Source: Macrostomum lignano (taxonomy: Eukaryota). From it: a stretch of 64,000 bases of DNA. This document shows, in pieces, positions 12,316-26,180 of the stretch (position 1 is its first letter; each line of letters starts with the position of its first letter). The translations under genes were made by a program, and so were the position numbers. Below the pieces are notes generated by a model. The model was not told the DNA's origin, searched no databases, and worked only from the letters and a program-made list of their open reading frames with translations. The stretch lies in the NCBI GenBank assembly GCA_002269645.1, contig NIVC01000181.1:523693-587692 (forward strand). Direction: 5' to 3'.

Positions 12316-13016
12316 ATCAGATTAGCAGCATAATTCAAGGAAATGAGTCATCAGATTAGCAGAATCATTCAAGGAAATGAGTCATCAGATTAGCAGAATC
12401 ATTTAAGGAAATGAGTCATCGGATTCAGATTAGCAGAATCATCAAGGAAATAAGTCATCAGATTAGCAGAATCATTCAAGGAAATGAGTCATCAGATTCA
12501 GATTAGCAGAATCATCAAGGAAATGAGTCATCAGATTAGCAGAATCATTCAAGGAAATGAGTCATCAGATTAGCAGAATCATTCAAGGAAATGAGTCATC
12601 AGATTCAGATTAGCAGAAACATTCAAGGAAATGAGTCATCAGATTCAGATTAGCAGAAACATTCAAGGAAATGAGTCATCAGATTCAGATTAGCAGAAAC
12701 ATTCAAGGAAATGAGTCATCAGATTAGCAGAATCATTCAAGGAAATGAGTCATCAGATTAGCAGAATCATTTAAGGAAATGAGTCATCAGATTCAGATTA
12801 GCAGAAACATTCAAGGAAATGAGTCATCAGATTCAGATTAGCAGAAAAATTTAAGGAAATGAGTCATCAGATTCAGATTAGCAGAATCATTCAAGGAAAT
12901 GAGTCATCAGATTCAGATTAGCAGAATCATCAAGGAAATGAGTCATCAGATTAGCAGAATCATTCAAGGAAATGAGTCATCAGATTAGCAGAATCATTCA
13001 AGGAAATGAGTCATCA
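12316..13016. repeat. 34/40-bp minisatellite (TCAGATTAGCAGAATCATTCAAGGAAATGAGTCA)
   Basis: Direct reading. Confidence 0.95.
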
Positions 13017-13621
13017 ATTTATATTAATCATTGAAAGCAAATACTAACTTATGGCAGTTAGCCATCAAAGGAACGATTTCTGCAACAGAGGTCAGAGCAA
13101 GGGCTCAAAAATCGATATTTTGCATATGCATCGGCACATTAAGCACTATTATTATCGCTTCTAAATCTGCTTAAAGTGTGGCAGCTCGCTAGCTCAGCAA
13201 CTGCTCTCCCAATTGTCTCGGTGGGATCATCCGAGGTCTCTAGGAAAATTCCAATCCAGTCAGCGGGAGGCTGCCTCCCGCCGCTGTATATTTATACTGC
13301 CTTTTTCTGGTTCGGTCGGCCTCGCCATGAGCTCTGCTGCGATGCCTCCGGCTGCCTCCTCCGTCCCTTGGGGTGCCAGAAAAGGGGTGCAACAGAATTT
13401 TTTATTTTTAAAATGGAACGAGGAGGGGGGCTTTTTGAACCGCCTCGGGGCGTCTGCTGACGAGCTTGTTAAAGTAAGGCATTGCCAGTTACATAGTACA
13501 TCGAAGTACATCGAATTAGGGCTGCGGTCCGTGTGAAACTCCAGTGCTCTCCTGTGAGCTCTAGCTTGAGTACTTCACTAATAACTAGTGCTTGAATCTC
13601 TAAATCCACAAATATCAAATC

Positions 13622-14101
13622 CCCATCACCCGATAATCAAATCTCATCCGAAAATCAAATCTCACCCGATAATCAAATCTCACACGATTATCAAATCTCA
13701 TCCTCAATAAAAAATCTCACCCGATAATCGAATCCACACCCCAATAATCGAACCCCTACCGTGATAGTCAGATTTCATCGGATAATTAAATCTCGTCCCA
13801 TTATCAAATCTCACCCGATAATCAAATCTCATCTGAAAATCAAGTCTCACCCGATAATCAAATCTCACCCGATTATCAAATCTCACCCGATTATCAAATC
13901 TCATCCGATAGTCGATTCTCACCCGATAATCAAATCCCCGCCCTCTATAATCAAATTTCGTCCCTTAATCAAATCTCATCCAAAAATCAAATCTCATCTG
14001 ACTATCAAACCTCATCCGATATAATCAAATCTCACCCGATAATCAAATCTCATCTGATAGTCGATTCTCATCCGATAATAAAATCTCACCCGATTTTCAA
14101 A
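13622..14101. repeat. 18-bp degenerate minisatellite (TCAAATCTCACCCGATAA)
   Basis: Direct reading. Confidence 0.9.
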
Positions 14102-14504
14102 TCCCTAAAACCGTCCCGCCCCAGTCCGAGCCCGGGTCCTCACTCTCCTACCGCAGTATCGATTTATGTCTCCCAAAAACCCCAAAAATCAATCTCCAAG
14201 TCCAGACAGACATCTAATCTCCCGAAAATCGGTTGTAGCCAAAGACGGATTAGCAACAACGATGGGGATGTAAGACTGAAGTAAGGCTGTGCTGCTATTT
14301 TAAACACGAGATTAGCAGCAAGTAGCGCTGGTCCATGGGGATGACAGATGTTCTCCGTACGAAGTATTCTAATGCTGAGATCTCACTACTAATTGAGTCT
14401 ATTTTCGATACCTAGCCTTCGCCGAGAGAAATTTCCTCTTTTTTCAGCACTCGATGTCTGGATGTCTAAAAACATTCTTCTTACATGTAGTTGTCTGTCG
14501 CTGA

Positions 14505-14935
14505 GTAGTCTATGCTTGAGTAGTCTGTCTTTGAGTAGTCTGTCTTTGAGTAGTCTGTCTTTGAGTAGTCTGTCTTTGAGTAGTCTGTCTTTGAGTAGTC
14601 TGTCTTTGAGTAGTCTGTCTTTGAGTAGTCTGTCTTTGAGTAGTCTGTCTTTGAGTAGTCTGTCTTTGAGTAGTCTGTCTTTGAGTAGTCTGTCTTTGAG
14701 TAGTCTGTCTTTGAGTAGTCTGTCTTTGAGTAGTCTGTCTTTGAGTAGTCTGTCTTTGAGTAGTCTGTCTTTGAGTAGTCTGTCTTTGAGTAGTCTGTCT
14801 TTGAGTAGTCTGTCTTTGAGTAGTCTGTCTTTGAGTAGTCTGTCTTTGAGTAGTCTGTCTTTGAGTAGTCTGTCTTTGAGTAGTCTGTCTTTGAGTAGTC
14901 TGTCTTTGAGTAGTCTGTCTTTAAGTAGTCTATCC
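14505..14935. repeat. 15-bp minisatellite (TTGAGTAGTCTGTCT), nearly perfect
   Basis: Direct reading. Confidence 0.97.
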
Positions 14936-15219
14936 TAGTCTATCTACACTAATAATGAGGTACAATTAATATGGAAAAACTGTTGTTTAAACGCTTCCAT
15001 CAAAATTCATGAGGGAAATTCACCCAAGTTTTCAGTTTCCTTATAGAGCAAGACCGAATCCTACTGCTCAGCCATCTTTGAGGCCATAAAGGTGTCCACA
15101 GAATACAAGCAACAGTGCTTCCGATAATGGCTATGCTTTCACGCTAATGGATCCCAGTTCTGCGTCAATGGCGGCTTTCTGTCAGACGTCACAATTTGAT
15201 TTGCTTCCAACTCATTCCT

Positions 15220-15615
<396 letters not shown>

Positions 15616-17056
15616 CAGAGAAAGCCTTACCTCCCTGCGTCTCAGAAGGCTGTCGGAGCTCCCATTGAGTTGTCCTTCATAGTTCTAGCGATGCTTCAAT
15701 CGGTCTCACGCAGTCTCCTCTCTCTTAGTTCCTATCTTAAAATCGAGCGAAGCCACCCTGGGAGAATCGCTACTAGTTAAGCCAGTCGCTCCCACCAGTG
15801 TGCGAGCTGCCCACCGCCCTCCCAGCTGATTCCCATTGGCTGGTTGTTCCTGCCGTCTCACTCTGCCCCTCACACCGCCACATACCAAACACGAACCCTT
15901 CAAATCTCGGAAGTCAGTCTGTCCTGAACCAAGCCAACCATTATTGCTGTCAATCCTGATCTCTCATAACCCGTTAATTTCGTTGAAGCTCATCAGAAAG
16001 TTTGGACACATGAAGCACATTATCGCCCATTGTTTCAAGTTATTGTCTGTACATAGCTCTCGGCTTTTTCAATTCAGTTTTTTAAATAAATTCCAATAAA
16101 ATTTGTGATTTTTAATAAAAACTTCTAACCGTCCTACTCGCAGTAGTCACCTGTGAAAAAGTTGCGGTAACATTTTGAAAATCATTTTTCGCGCATTCGC
16201 AGAAGAGGTGATTCAGAAAAGATGATTCACAAGAGGTGATTTATTGTAGAAGAGGTGATAACTCTTCTCAATAATATTACAAAATTATACTTTTTAAAAC
16301 ATACGATTGAGCAGAGTCGATTCAGAATGAACCGCAAAGTAGTGAATTCAAAAATAGATTTTTCCGGTTTCGGGCAATGTGGCAAAGCGGTCTTGAACTG
16401 CACAGCAGGGAGCCTACTCAATTTTAAGAAGCGGCCCTCTAGAAGCAGAAGAAGACCGAGCTCGTAAAAAAGCGCGGGTTATTTCGCCCGAGTCTGTGAC
16501 TGGACTTAAAAGACTCGCCAAGCGGGGGAGCTTTTTCGCCGAAAGCAAAACAGCTGCCAGGCGAGTGCAGGGCACTAGCTATCTACCTACGCGATGCTTT
16601 TTGCAGCCGGTCAAAGATGAAAACCCGAGGGGGCTGTGAGAGCCGGAAAAAATATAATGGCGCTCAGCATCAGCTGCGGATGATGCGAGCTCGTGAGAGA
16701 CTTTCTTATAGGGTCAGATGTGCGTGTTTGAGAATTCTAATACCCTTTGCCGTCTGCTGTAGCTGGCTGAAGTTTTTTTGTAAACTTGAGCCAGCAGGCA
16801 AGTGCATTGTTGGCTAAGTAGGGGGGGGGGCTGCAGTGTCAGAGAGAGAGAGGGAGTCGGTTGAGTGGCCCCAAGCAGTGCAGCTGTCTTCTCATTGGTC
16901 CAGTTGGAATTTCGCTCTTGCGCATAAATTCCAACCAGCATTCGCCGAGACAGAAAGCCAGGTAAGGCACAGGTAGATACCCGGCCAGACAAATCTGTTT
17001 TCTACAGCTGCCCCCCCCCCCCCCGGCAGCAGCATCCGATGCAGCGACATCAGTCG

Positions 17057-20000
17057 ATGGCTCTGACGGACTCGCAGCTTCCTCTCGGCCTGATTGACAG
17101 CCTGCTGAGCTTCCTTGGCGAGGAGCTCGAAGGCGAGCGGCTGAGCCAGCCTGCCAGAGAGCGGCAGCGAAGCCTGCTTAGCCACCTTCGTCAGCAGGTC
17201 GGTCCGGGCAGCCGCGGCGGCAGCAACGAGGCGTCGCCGAGAATTGGTGAGCTGAGCAGCTTTTGGTGGCTTCTTGGAGTGACAAGTTAGATATATTAGT
17301 AGCATGCGCTGGCGAGATAGGCGCTCTGGGGTGAAACAATTTTGTCTTTTAGCGTCAAAATTGGTGTTTTCATGTGAGGCCAAAATTTGGGTGTGCCTGT
17401 GGCGCCAAAATTCCTGTCTGTGGCGCCAAAGTTCCTGTCTGTGGCGCCAAATTTCCTGTCTGTGGCGCCAAATTTCCTGTCTGTGGCGCCAAAGTTTCTA
17501 TCTGTGGCGCCAAAGTTCCTATCTGTGGCGCCAAAGTTCCTGTCTGTGGCGCCAAAGTTCCTATCTGTGGCGCCAAAGTTCCTGTCTGTGGCGCCAAAGT
17601 TCCTGTCTGTGGCGCCAAAGTTCCTGTGTCTGGCGCCAAAGTTCCTGTCTGTGGCGCCAAAGTTCCTGTGTGTGGCGCCAAAGTTCCTATCTGTGGCGCC
17701 AAAGTTCCTGTCTGTGGCGCCAAAGTTCCTGTCTGTGGCGCCAAATTTCCTGTCTGTGGCGCCAAAGTTGATGTCTGTGGCGCCAAAGTTGATGTCTGTG
17801 GCGCCAAAGTTGATGTCTGTGGCGCCAAAGTTCCTGTCTGTGGCGTCAAAGTTCCTGTCTGTGGCGCCAAACATCCTGTCTGCAATACTAGCATTGTTTA
17901 ATTCCTTGAGACAAAAAATTCGTGTGTGCCTTTGACGCCAAATCCAGCAGGCCAGCATCTTCAAGTAGGTTCAGCTTCATTAAAAATAAGGTAAAAGATT
18001 TTGTTTCCCAAGAAAAAGTCTACATAGCACCGCTGGATATTGTTTAATTCTTAGAACAATGTCTGGCACGAGCTTGTGCTTTCTATGTCAGGGCTTAGTT
18101 CGGCTAAATTCCGAATATGGGCTACTGCTAAGAGTTGAGCAATTGCGCAATAGAGCAGTACAAGCGCCTAGAATGACAACAACAAGCTGTGATAGACAAG
18201 GCAGAGGGGTTGACTCAAGAAAAAATTCGCTAAAAGATATTCTGCTCACCGGCGAGTGTTATTAAAAGAACTGCTTGCGCATCGCTTGCGCGCCTGTGGG
18301 CTGTCCAGAATGGAATTAATAGCTTGAAGAACTGCGTTGCAGAAGAAAAAGCAAGAAAACCCTGCCCCCCCCCCCAAGCAGAGTAGAGTTGCTAGCCGCA
18401 TGAACAAAGTTAAGCTCTCTAACGATTGCAGGTGGGCCCAAGGCGAGGCTGTCTCTGCCGCCGCAACTGTACGATTCCAAGTGAGTTTACACTGCGTGCA
18501 GCATTCAAGTTCGGAATGCAGTGAGACTCCAGCCATGGCGAGCTGGAAGTGCTGTCTGGAGTTACAATTTTGAGAAATCCTCAGGAAAATTGCCACACAA
18601 ATGGACAAGAGCTGTCACTGCAATCTCTGAATCTGAAAAATCAAGTGGACTATGGGGTATTTTCTTTCAGAAATGACTAAAACAATAATACTTGATGACA
18701 TCATTCCCTTCTACAATTTGCAGTTTTAGCCATGGCTCAGATGGCAGCGAGCAGTCTCTCGAAGGTAAGAGCCAGCAGTTGAATTATTCATCCTGACATG
18801 CAATTCGATTTTAAAATACTATTGCTAATTCAAATTTTGTGTCATTCTTTGCAGACTACGAAATCCCCGGCGCGCTTGTTGCAGAATCCATTCCGTAAGT
18901 CGTTGACTTGCTGGCTCACTTCCTTCCTCTGGGCCGAGCTGGGCTCCGGAACTCGGTTATTAGTCCCCTCCCCAACGCCCCCGATTCGTGTGCCAGCAGT
19001 TGACCCAATTTCTGTCCTTGGCTTCCCGGCCGACCACACCTCCAGCGACTTGGCGGTGACGTAAATCCGGATTGGGCAACAATTTCAGTCCTGTAATTTT
19101 TTCGACTCATCGCGTTGCGTGTTCAAAACTTCTTGTGAGAGTTGACTCTGTCCACTTCCCGTCAAACAGACAAACAAGCAGTGGACACACTGGTTGAACT
19201 CATCAGACACAATGACCGTTGGCTCAACCAAGAAACCTTATTCTGTACGCCCAAAAAACAATCTTTACTTAAAAATCAAAAAAATATTTATACTCGTATG
19301 CTAAAAACATCGACACAATATTCTAAAAAATGTCAGACCACACAAACTCCGCAGACACAACCGACACCAACTCCCCAGACACAACCGACACCAACTCCCC
19401 AGACACAACCGACACCAACTCCCCAGACACAACCGACACCAACTCCCCAGACACAACCGACACCAACTCCCCAGACACAACCGACACCAACTCCCCAGAC
19501 ACAACCGACACCAACTCCGCAGACACAACCGACACCAACTCCCCAGACACAACCGACACCAACTCCGCAGACACAACCGACACCAACTCCCCAGACACAA
19601 CCGACACCAACTCCGCAGACACAACCGACACCAACTCCCCAGACATAACCGACACCAACTCCCCAGACATAACCGACACCAACTCCCCAGACATAACCGA
19701 CACCAACTCCCCAGACATAACCGACACCAACTCCCCAGACACAACCGACACCAACTCCCCAGACGCAACCGACACCAACTCCCCAGACGCAACCGACACC
19801 AACTCCCCAGACATAACCGACACCAACTCCCCAGACATAACCGACACCAACTCCCCAGACATAACCGACACCAACTCCCCAGACACAACCGACACCAACT
19901 CCCCAGACGCAACCGACACCAACTCCCCAGACGCAACCGACACTAACTCCCCAGACACAATTAAAACCCCTTACCAAATACGTACAATGAACTTTCTAAA

Positions 20001-22931
20001 CTCTTGCTACGAGTACAATGAATCAAATGAAGCATTCCCTGTTACGGTTTACAACTGTAGTTTATAACAGAAGTCTCTGTGGCTTATTTCGTTACTAGGG
20101 CCGCCAGTTGCTCTGTCATACGCAATTTTCAGACTGCCATCTCGTCGTCGGGTCAGCGCTGGAGCCCGTCGAATGTCGGCGCTGCCTGAACAGCAGCAGC
20201 ACCAGCAGCAGCAATATCAGCAGCAAAAACAACAGCAGCAGCACCCAACTCATGGTGGAGTGAGCATCGTTGGTCCTTTGTGGCACAGACGCCGTTCCTG
20301 TCGCTGGCAGCGGCTCCCTTACTGCGCCCTGCACCCGACGGGTCTGCACTGTCACAAGAGTCGCAGCGCCGGATTTCAGCAGCAGCAGCCGACACTGTCG
20401 CTGGCCCTTGCAGGTTACACCGTGCTCTACGTGCAGCGGGAGTCACAGGTGAGTTCACTTTTCAGTACTGCAAAGCCATTTTTGGGTGCGACATGCGAAT
20501 TGCCTGCAGATTATTTGGTGCTCACCACTTAATTGATAAAATAGTAGCTGAGTTTTGGACTCAGTAGCTGAGTTGGGGACTCAGTAGCTGAGTTGGGGAC
20601 TCAGTAGCTGAGTTGGGGACTCGGTAGCTGAGTTGGGGACTCAGTAGCTGAGTTGGGGACTCAGTAGCTGAGTTGGAGACTCAGTAGCTGAGTTGGGGAC
20701 TCAGTAGCTGAGTTGGGGACTCAGTAGCTGAGTTGGGGACTCAGTAGCTGAGTTGGGGACTCAATAGCTGAGTTGGGGACTCAGTAGCTGAGTTGGGGAC
20801 TCAGTAGCTGAGTTGGGGACTCAGTAGCTGAGTTGGGGACTCAATAGCTGAGTTGGGGACTCAGTAGCCCAAATACATGCAAAAACAAGTAACCAAAAAA
20901 TCATTCTGCCGCAGGCGGATCACGTTATCAAGCTGGCCCACCCCAGCCTGCCAACGCACGCTCTGGCGGCGGACACTGAGGAGCAGGCCCGCACCTGGGT
21001 GCGCCATCTGGCGGCGCACGCGGCCGGCCTACCAACGCCCGCCTTCTGCAGCTTCCTGGCGAGTCCGACGTTGAATTCTGGTCTGCCTGCGAAGAACACA
21101 ACGATGACAGCTGCTCTGGCAGACATGGAGCCCACTGACAGCGGCTTCTCCGGGCCCGTGTCGTCCAGCTCGAATGACGACACCTGCGAGCCGCCACCGC
21201 ATCAGCCGCAGCAGACTCAGTCGCAGTCTTCAAACTTTTACGGCGTCGATTTGCGTCGAAAATCGCTGGCAAAATCGGCGAGTTTTTCACCTGGAGTTGG
21301 TTAGTTGTTGCTGTCTGTGAGATGTCTTGCATTTACCTGGATTGTGGTTGGTGTTTAGTGTCTGTGAGATGTCTTGCATTTACCTGGATTGTAGTTGGTG
21401 TTTGGTGTCTGTGAGATGTCTTGCATTTTCCTGGATTGTAGTTGGTGTTTAGTGTCTGTGAGATGTCTTGCATTTACCTGGATTGTAGTTGGTGTTTGGT
21501 GTCTGTGAGATGTCTTGCATTTACCTGGATTGTAGTTGGTGTTTGGTGTCTGTGAGATTTCTTGCATTTACCTGGATTGTGGTTGGTGTTTGGTGTCTGT
21601 GAGATGTCTTGCATTTACCTGGATTGAGGTTGGTGTTTAGTGTCTGTGAGATTTCTTGCATTTACCTGGATTGTGGTTGGTGTTTGGTGTCTGTGAGATG
21701 TCTTGCATTTATCTGGATTGTGGTTGGTGTTTGGTGTCTGTGAGATGTCTTGCATTTACCTGGATTGTGGTTGGTGTTTGGTGTCTGTGAGATGTCTTGC
21801 ATTTATCTGGATTGTGGTTGGTGTTTGGTGTCTGTGAGATGTCTTGCATTTACCTGGATTGAGGTTGGTGTTTAGTGTCTGTGAGATTTCTTGCATTTAC
21901 CTGGATTGTGGTTGGTGTTTGGTGTCTGTGAGATGTCTTGCATTTATCTGGATTGTGGTTGGTGTTTGGTGTCTGTGAGATGTCTTGCATTTACCTGGAG
22001 TTTGGTTGGTGGATTCCAGCTGCTTATCGACCCCGGGCTCCACCAAACGCCGCCTTTATCCTCCCCAGAGCCGGGCCCGACCGCGTCTCTCCCTGCAGCC
22101 GCCAAAGCGTCTTCATCGACCACCGCTGGCGGGCTGCTCCGTCGCTTTCGCGAGTCCTTCAGCCTGGGTGCGGCGGTGATCGCCAGACGCCGGAAATCCA
22201 AGCTTGCGGACGACGAAGATTCAGCCGCGGCGGTGGCGGCAGCGGCAGCGACATCCAGCGCAAATCAGTGTCAGCGTTGGGATCCTGACGCTCTTCTTTC
22301 AGCGCAGACGGAAGTCAGACTGGGCCAAGAGACGGTCTGGCGTCGAAGGCAGCTGCAGCTGCGTGCCGACGGTCGGCTATACGTCTCCGATCTCTTGTCC
22401 TCGTCGATGTCTTCGGCTGCCCAGCCTTCGACCTGCATTGAGCTGAATGGCCTGCTGTTGGCACCCGCGGCAGCGCCCGGAAACTGCGGCTTCCGCCTGG
22501 CCACGGCGACATCGCCGGAGTGGACGGCACTTGAGGTGCGCGGCCTCGGAAAGCTGGAGATCGGCGCCTGGCTCAAGCAGCTGGCCTTGGCCACTGGCCT
22601 TGTGTCCGCCTACGAGCCGCCAGCTGAGCTGCTCGACCTACCGAGCGCTCGGGCGGCTGCCCTCCGTCAGCGACTTATGGAGGACAACGGTGGCAGAGCC
22701 GCTGTAGGACGAAGAGCCTCAATGCCCTCGGCTGCGATGGCCGAGCAGCTCCAGCAGCTGCAGCAGCAGGTCGCGCAGCTTCCCATGATGATGATGATAC
22801 AGCAGCAGCAGCAGCCGCCAGTACTGGAGCGGCAGCACTCGATGATGTGGCGGCCGCTGCCGCCGACGCCAGTTGAGGCGCAGAGGCGGGGCTCGCTTCT
22901 GTTGCCAGCTCAGTCCGCGAGCTACTGGTAG
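17057..22931 (+). CDS. AFAP1-like adaptor with two PH domains, ~612 aa
   Basis: In-phase model: exons 17057-17246, 18855-18894, 20133-20448, 20915-21295, 22020-22931 (1839 nt). The N-terminus LIDSLLSFLGEELEGERLSQPARERQRSLL resembles the AFAP1 N-terminal helix, followed by a DYEIP motif. PH1 is PLWHRRRSCRWQRL..QQPTLSLALAGYTVLYV..HVIKL..ALAADTEEQARTWV; PH2 lies in the last exon. Extra small exons (e.g. 18730-18764) are possible. Confidence 0.75.
17397..17870. repeat. 21-bp minisatellite (CTGTGGCGCCAAAGTTCCTGT), intronic
   Basis: Direct reading. Confidence 0.95.
19334..19959. repeat. 24-bp minisatellite (CCCCAGACACAACCGACACCAACT), intronic
   Basis: Direct reading. Confidence 0.95.
20543..20868. 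repeat. 20-bp self-complementary minisatellite (AGCTGAGTTGGGGACTCAGT), intronic
   Basis: Direct reading; CTGAGT/ACTCAG inverted halves. Confidence 0.95.
21289..22010. repeat. 47-bp minisatellite making up almost the whole intron 21296-22019
   Basis: Unit ACCTGGATTGTGGTTGGTGTTTGGTGTCTGTGAGATGTCTTGCATTT, ~15 copies. Confidence 0.95.
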
Positions 22932-23065
22932 ACCAGTCTCAGCAGCAGTGAATCAACTAACCTGATAAACTAATCCGCTTCGCTGCTTCATCACTTGCAA
23001 AAGTCAACTTCCCGAAATTCCAGCCGCTATCTGTCCTGGCATTTGACGGCCTCACCCGAAACCCA

Positions 23066-23606
23066 CGACATTACCTGGAACTTATGACGTCTTCACTGGG
23101 CCCACGACATCCCCTGGAACCCAAGACCTCCCCTGGAACCCACGACCTCCCCTGGAACCCACGATCTCCCCTGAAACCCACGACCTCCCCTGAAACCCAC
23201 GACCTCCCCTGAAACCCACGACCTCCCCTGGAACCCACGATCTCCCCTGGAACCCACGACCTCCCCTGGAACCCACGATCTCCCCTGGAACCGACGATCT
23301 TCCCTGGAACCCACGATCTTCCCTGGAACTCACGATCTCCCCTGGAACCCACGACCTCCCCTGGAACCCACGATCTCCCCTGAAACCCACGACCTCCCCT
23401 GGAACCCACAACCTCCCCTGGAATCCACGATCTCCCCTGGAACCCACGACCTCCCCTGGAACCCACGACCTCCCCTGGAACCCACGACCTCCCCTGGAAC
23501 CCACGACCTCCCCTGGAACCCACAACCTCCCCTGGAATCCACGATCTCCCCTGGAACCCACGACCTCCCCTGGAACCCACGACCTCCCCTGGAACCCATG
23601 ATCTTC
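23066..23606. repeat. 19-bp C-rich minisatellite (ACCCACGACCTCCCCTGGA)
   Basis: Direct reading. Confidence 0.95.
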
Positions 23607-24399
23607 TTTGGAACCCAAATTCTACCCTCCAACAGGCCTCCCCAGATATTTCTTCTAGTTTCTATTTAATGTCAATGTCAATCTCAAACACGGGATTTCA
23701 AGATTTTGTCAATAATCAATCGATCAATCGATCTTGACTAAAAGTGTAATGGTTCTCAACCTTATGTTAAATCTACAATCCAGTGTTTGAAAACAATTGT
23801 TATAATTATGAACTATATTTCAAACCCATGTTCACAGTCTGGAGTATGAATGTAATGCTAATAACTTCAAAACGAAATCAAATAATTTCGAAGCAATCCA
23901 TACTACTGAAAATATTGTCATGAGTAGAGGGTAGTGCCCAAGCATAGTCTTATTATTTTTCACCTCTAATGAGTTTGTAGAAAGCTTATACTAATATTTA
24001 ATTACAGCAGACTCTTTATTACTTTATTTTCATTCATTTTTTCCTCACTCAAAGCGCCTCAACGTCATTAACTGGAACTTCTTTCAAAGTGTTTAGTTAA
24101 AAAGTTTTTTGCAAAAGCATTGCTTTGAAAAGAAGACGCCAGGCCTTCGCAAAAAGATTTTTCTGTAAGTTTTGAACAGCACTGGTTCGCGACAGCCTTC
24201 CCCGTTTCTTTTTTTCAACTTTCGCAGCAGTGGGGAGACCGCTGCACGTTCGCGTCCCTGTCGATTTCTTCGCATTATTCGAATAAATTTTCAGCAATAC
24301 TCAATGCTGAAATTGTTTGTCAGAGTTAATTATTCATTTCTGCAGCAATCCAAAACTTTGAAAGCATCGATTGCACAACACAGATGCCTCTGAAGTTCG

Positions 24400-26180
24400 C
24401 TTGCAAATGTCAGTTAATAGCCATGCAGTTGCAAATGTCAGTTAATAGCCATGCAGTTGCAAATGTTAGTTAATAGCCATGCAGTTGCAAATGTCAGTTA
24501 ATAGCCATGCAGTTGCAAATGTCAGTTAATAGCCATGCAGTTGCAAATGTCAGTTAATAGCCATGCAGTTGCAAATGTTAGTTAATAGCCATGCAGTTGC
24601 AAATGTCAGTTAATAGCCATGCAGTTGCAAATGTTAGTTAATAGCCATGCAGTTGCAAATGTCAGTTAATAGCCATGCAGTTGCAAATGTCAGTTAATAG
24701 CCATGCAGTTGCAAATGTCAGTTAATAGCCATGCAGTTGCAAATGTTAGTTAATAGCCATGCAGTTGCAAATGTTAGTTAATAGCCATGCAGTTGCAAAT
24801 GTCAGTTAATAGCCATGCAGTTGCAAATGTTAGTTAATAGCCATGCAGTTGCAAATGTCAGTTAATAGCCATGCAGTTGCAAATGTCAGTTAATAGCCAT
24901 GCAGTTGCAAATGTCAGTTAATAGCCATGCAGTTGCAAATGTTAGTTAATAGCCATGCAGTTGCAAATGTCAGTTAATAGCCAGTTGCAAATGTCAGTTA
25001 ATAGTCATGCAGTTGCAAATGTCAGTTAATAGTCAGTTTCGAATGTTAGTTAATACTCGTACAGTCAGTTGCAAATGTCAGTTAACAGTCAGTTGCAAAT
25101 GTTAGTTAATAGTCAGTTGCAAATGTAAGTTAATAGGCATGCAGTTGCAAATGTCAGTTAATAGCCATGCAGTTGCAAATGTCAGTTAATAGTCATGCAG
25201 TTGCAAATGTCAGTTAATAGTCAGTTTCGAATGTTAGTTAATACTCGTACAGTCAGTTGCAAATGTCAGTTAACAGTCAGTTGCAAATGTTAGTTAATAG
25301 TCAGTTGCAAATGTAAGTTAATAGGCATGCAGTTGCAAATGTCAGTTAATAGCCATGCAGTTGCAAATGTCAGTTAATAGTCATGCAGTTGCAAATGTCA
25401 GTTAATAGTCAGTTTCGAATGTTAGTTAATACTCGTACAGTCAGTTGCAAATGTCAGTTAACAGTCAGTTGCAAATGTTAGTTAATAGTCAGTTGCAAAT
25501 GTAAGTTAATAGGCATGCAGTTGCAAATGTCAGTTAATAGCCATGCAGTTGCAAATGTCAGTTAATAGTCATGCAGTTGCAAATGTCAGTTAATAGTCAG
25601 TTTCGAATGTTAGTTAATACTCGTACAGTCAGTTGCAAATGTCAGTTAACAGTCAGTTGCAAATGTTAGTTAATGGTCAGTTGCAGATGCTAGTTAATAG
25701 TCAGTTGCAAATGTTAGTTAACAGTCAGTTGCAAATGTTAGTTAACAGTCAGTTGCAAATGCTAGTTAATAGTCAGTTGCAAATGTTAGTTAACAGTCAG
25801 TTGCAAATGCTAGTTAATAGTCAGTTGCAAATGTTAGTTAATAGTCAGTTGCAAATGTTAGTTAATAGTCAGTTGCAAATGTTAGTTAATAGTCAGTTGC
25901 AAATGTTAGTTAACAGTCAGTTGCAAATGTTAGTTAACAGTCAGTTGCAAATGTTAGTTAATAGTCAGTTGCAGATGCTAGTTAATAGTCAGTTGCAAAT
26001 GTTAGTTAACAATCAGTTGCAAATGTTAGTTAACAATCAGTTGCAAATGTTAGTTAATAGTCAGTTGCAAATGTTAGTTAATAGTCAGTTGCAAATGTTA
26101 GTTAATAGTCAGTTGCAAATGTTAGTTAATAGTCAGTTGCAAATGTTAGTTAACAGTCAGTTGCAAATGTTAGTTAATAG
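24400..26180. repeat. Compound satellite: 28-bp unit, then 188-bp higher-order repeat, then 24-bp unit (GTTGCAAATGTTAGTTAATAGTCA)
   Basis: Marker TTTCGAATG recurs at 188-bp spacing (C at 25040, 25228, 25416, 25604). Confidence 0.95.

Noticed and set aside
12316-13016. CRISPR-like appearance of regularly spaced 30-47-bp repeats (here and elsewhere)
   Set aside because: Units are head-to-tail without unique spacers; no cas genes; eukaryotic context
16892-17383. 163-aa minus-strand ORF
   Set aside because: Antisense shadow of the AFAP1-like first exon, which has homology and a good donor
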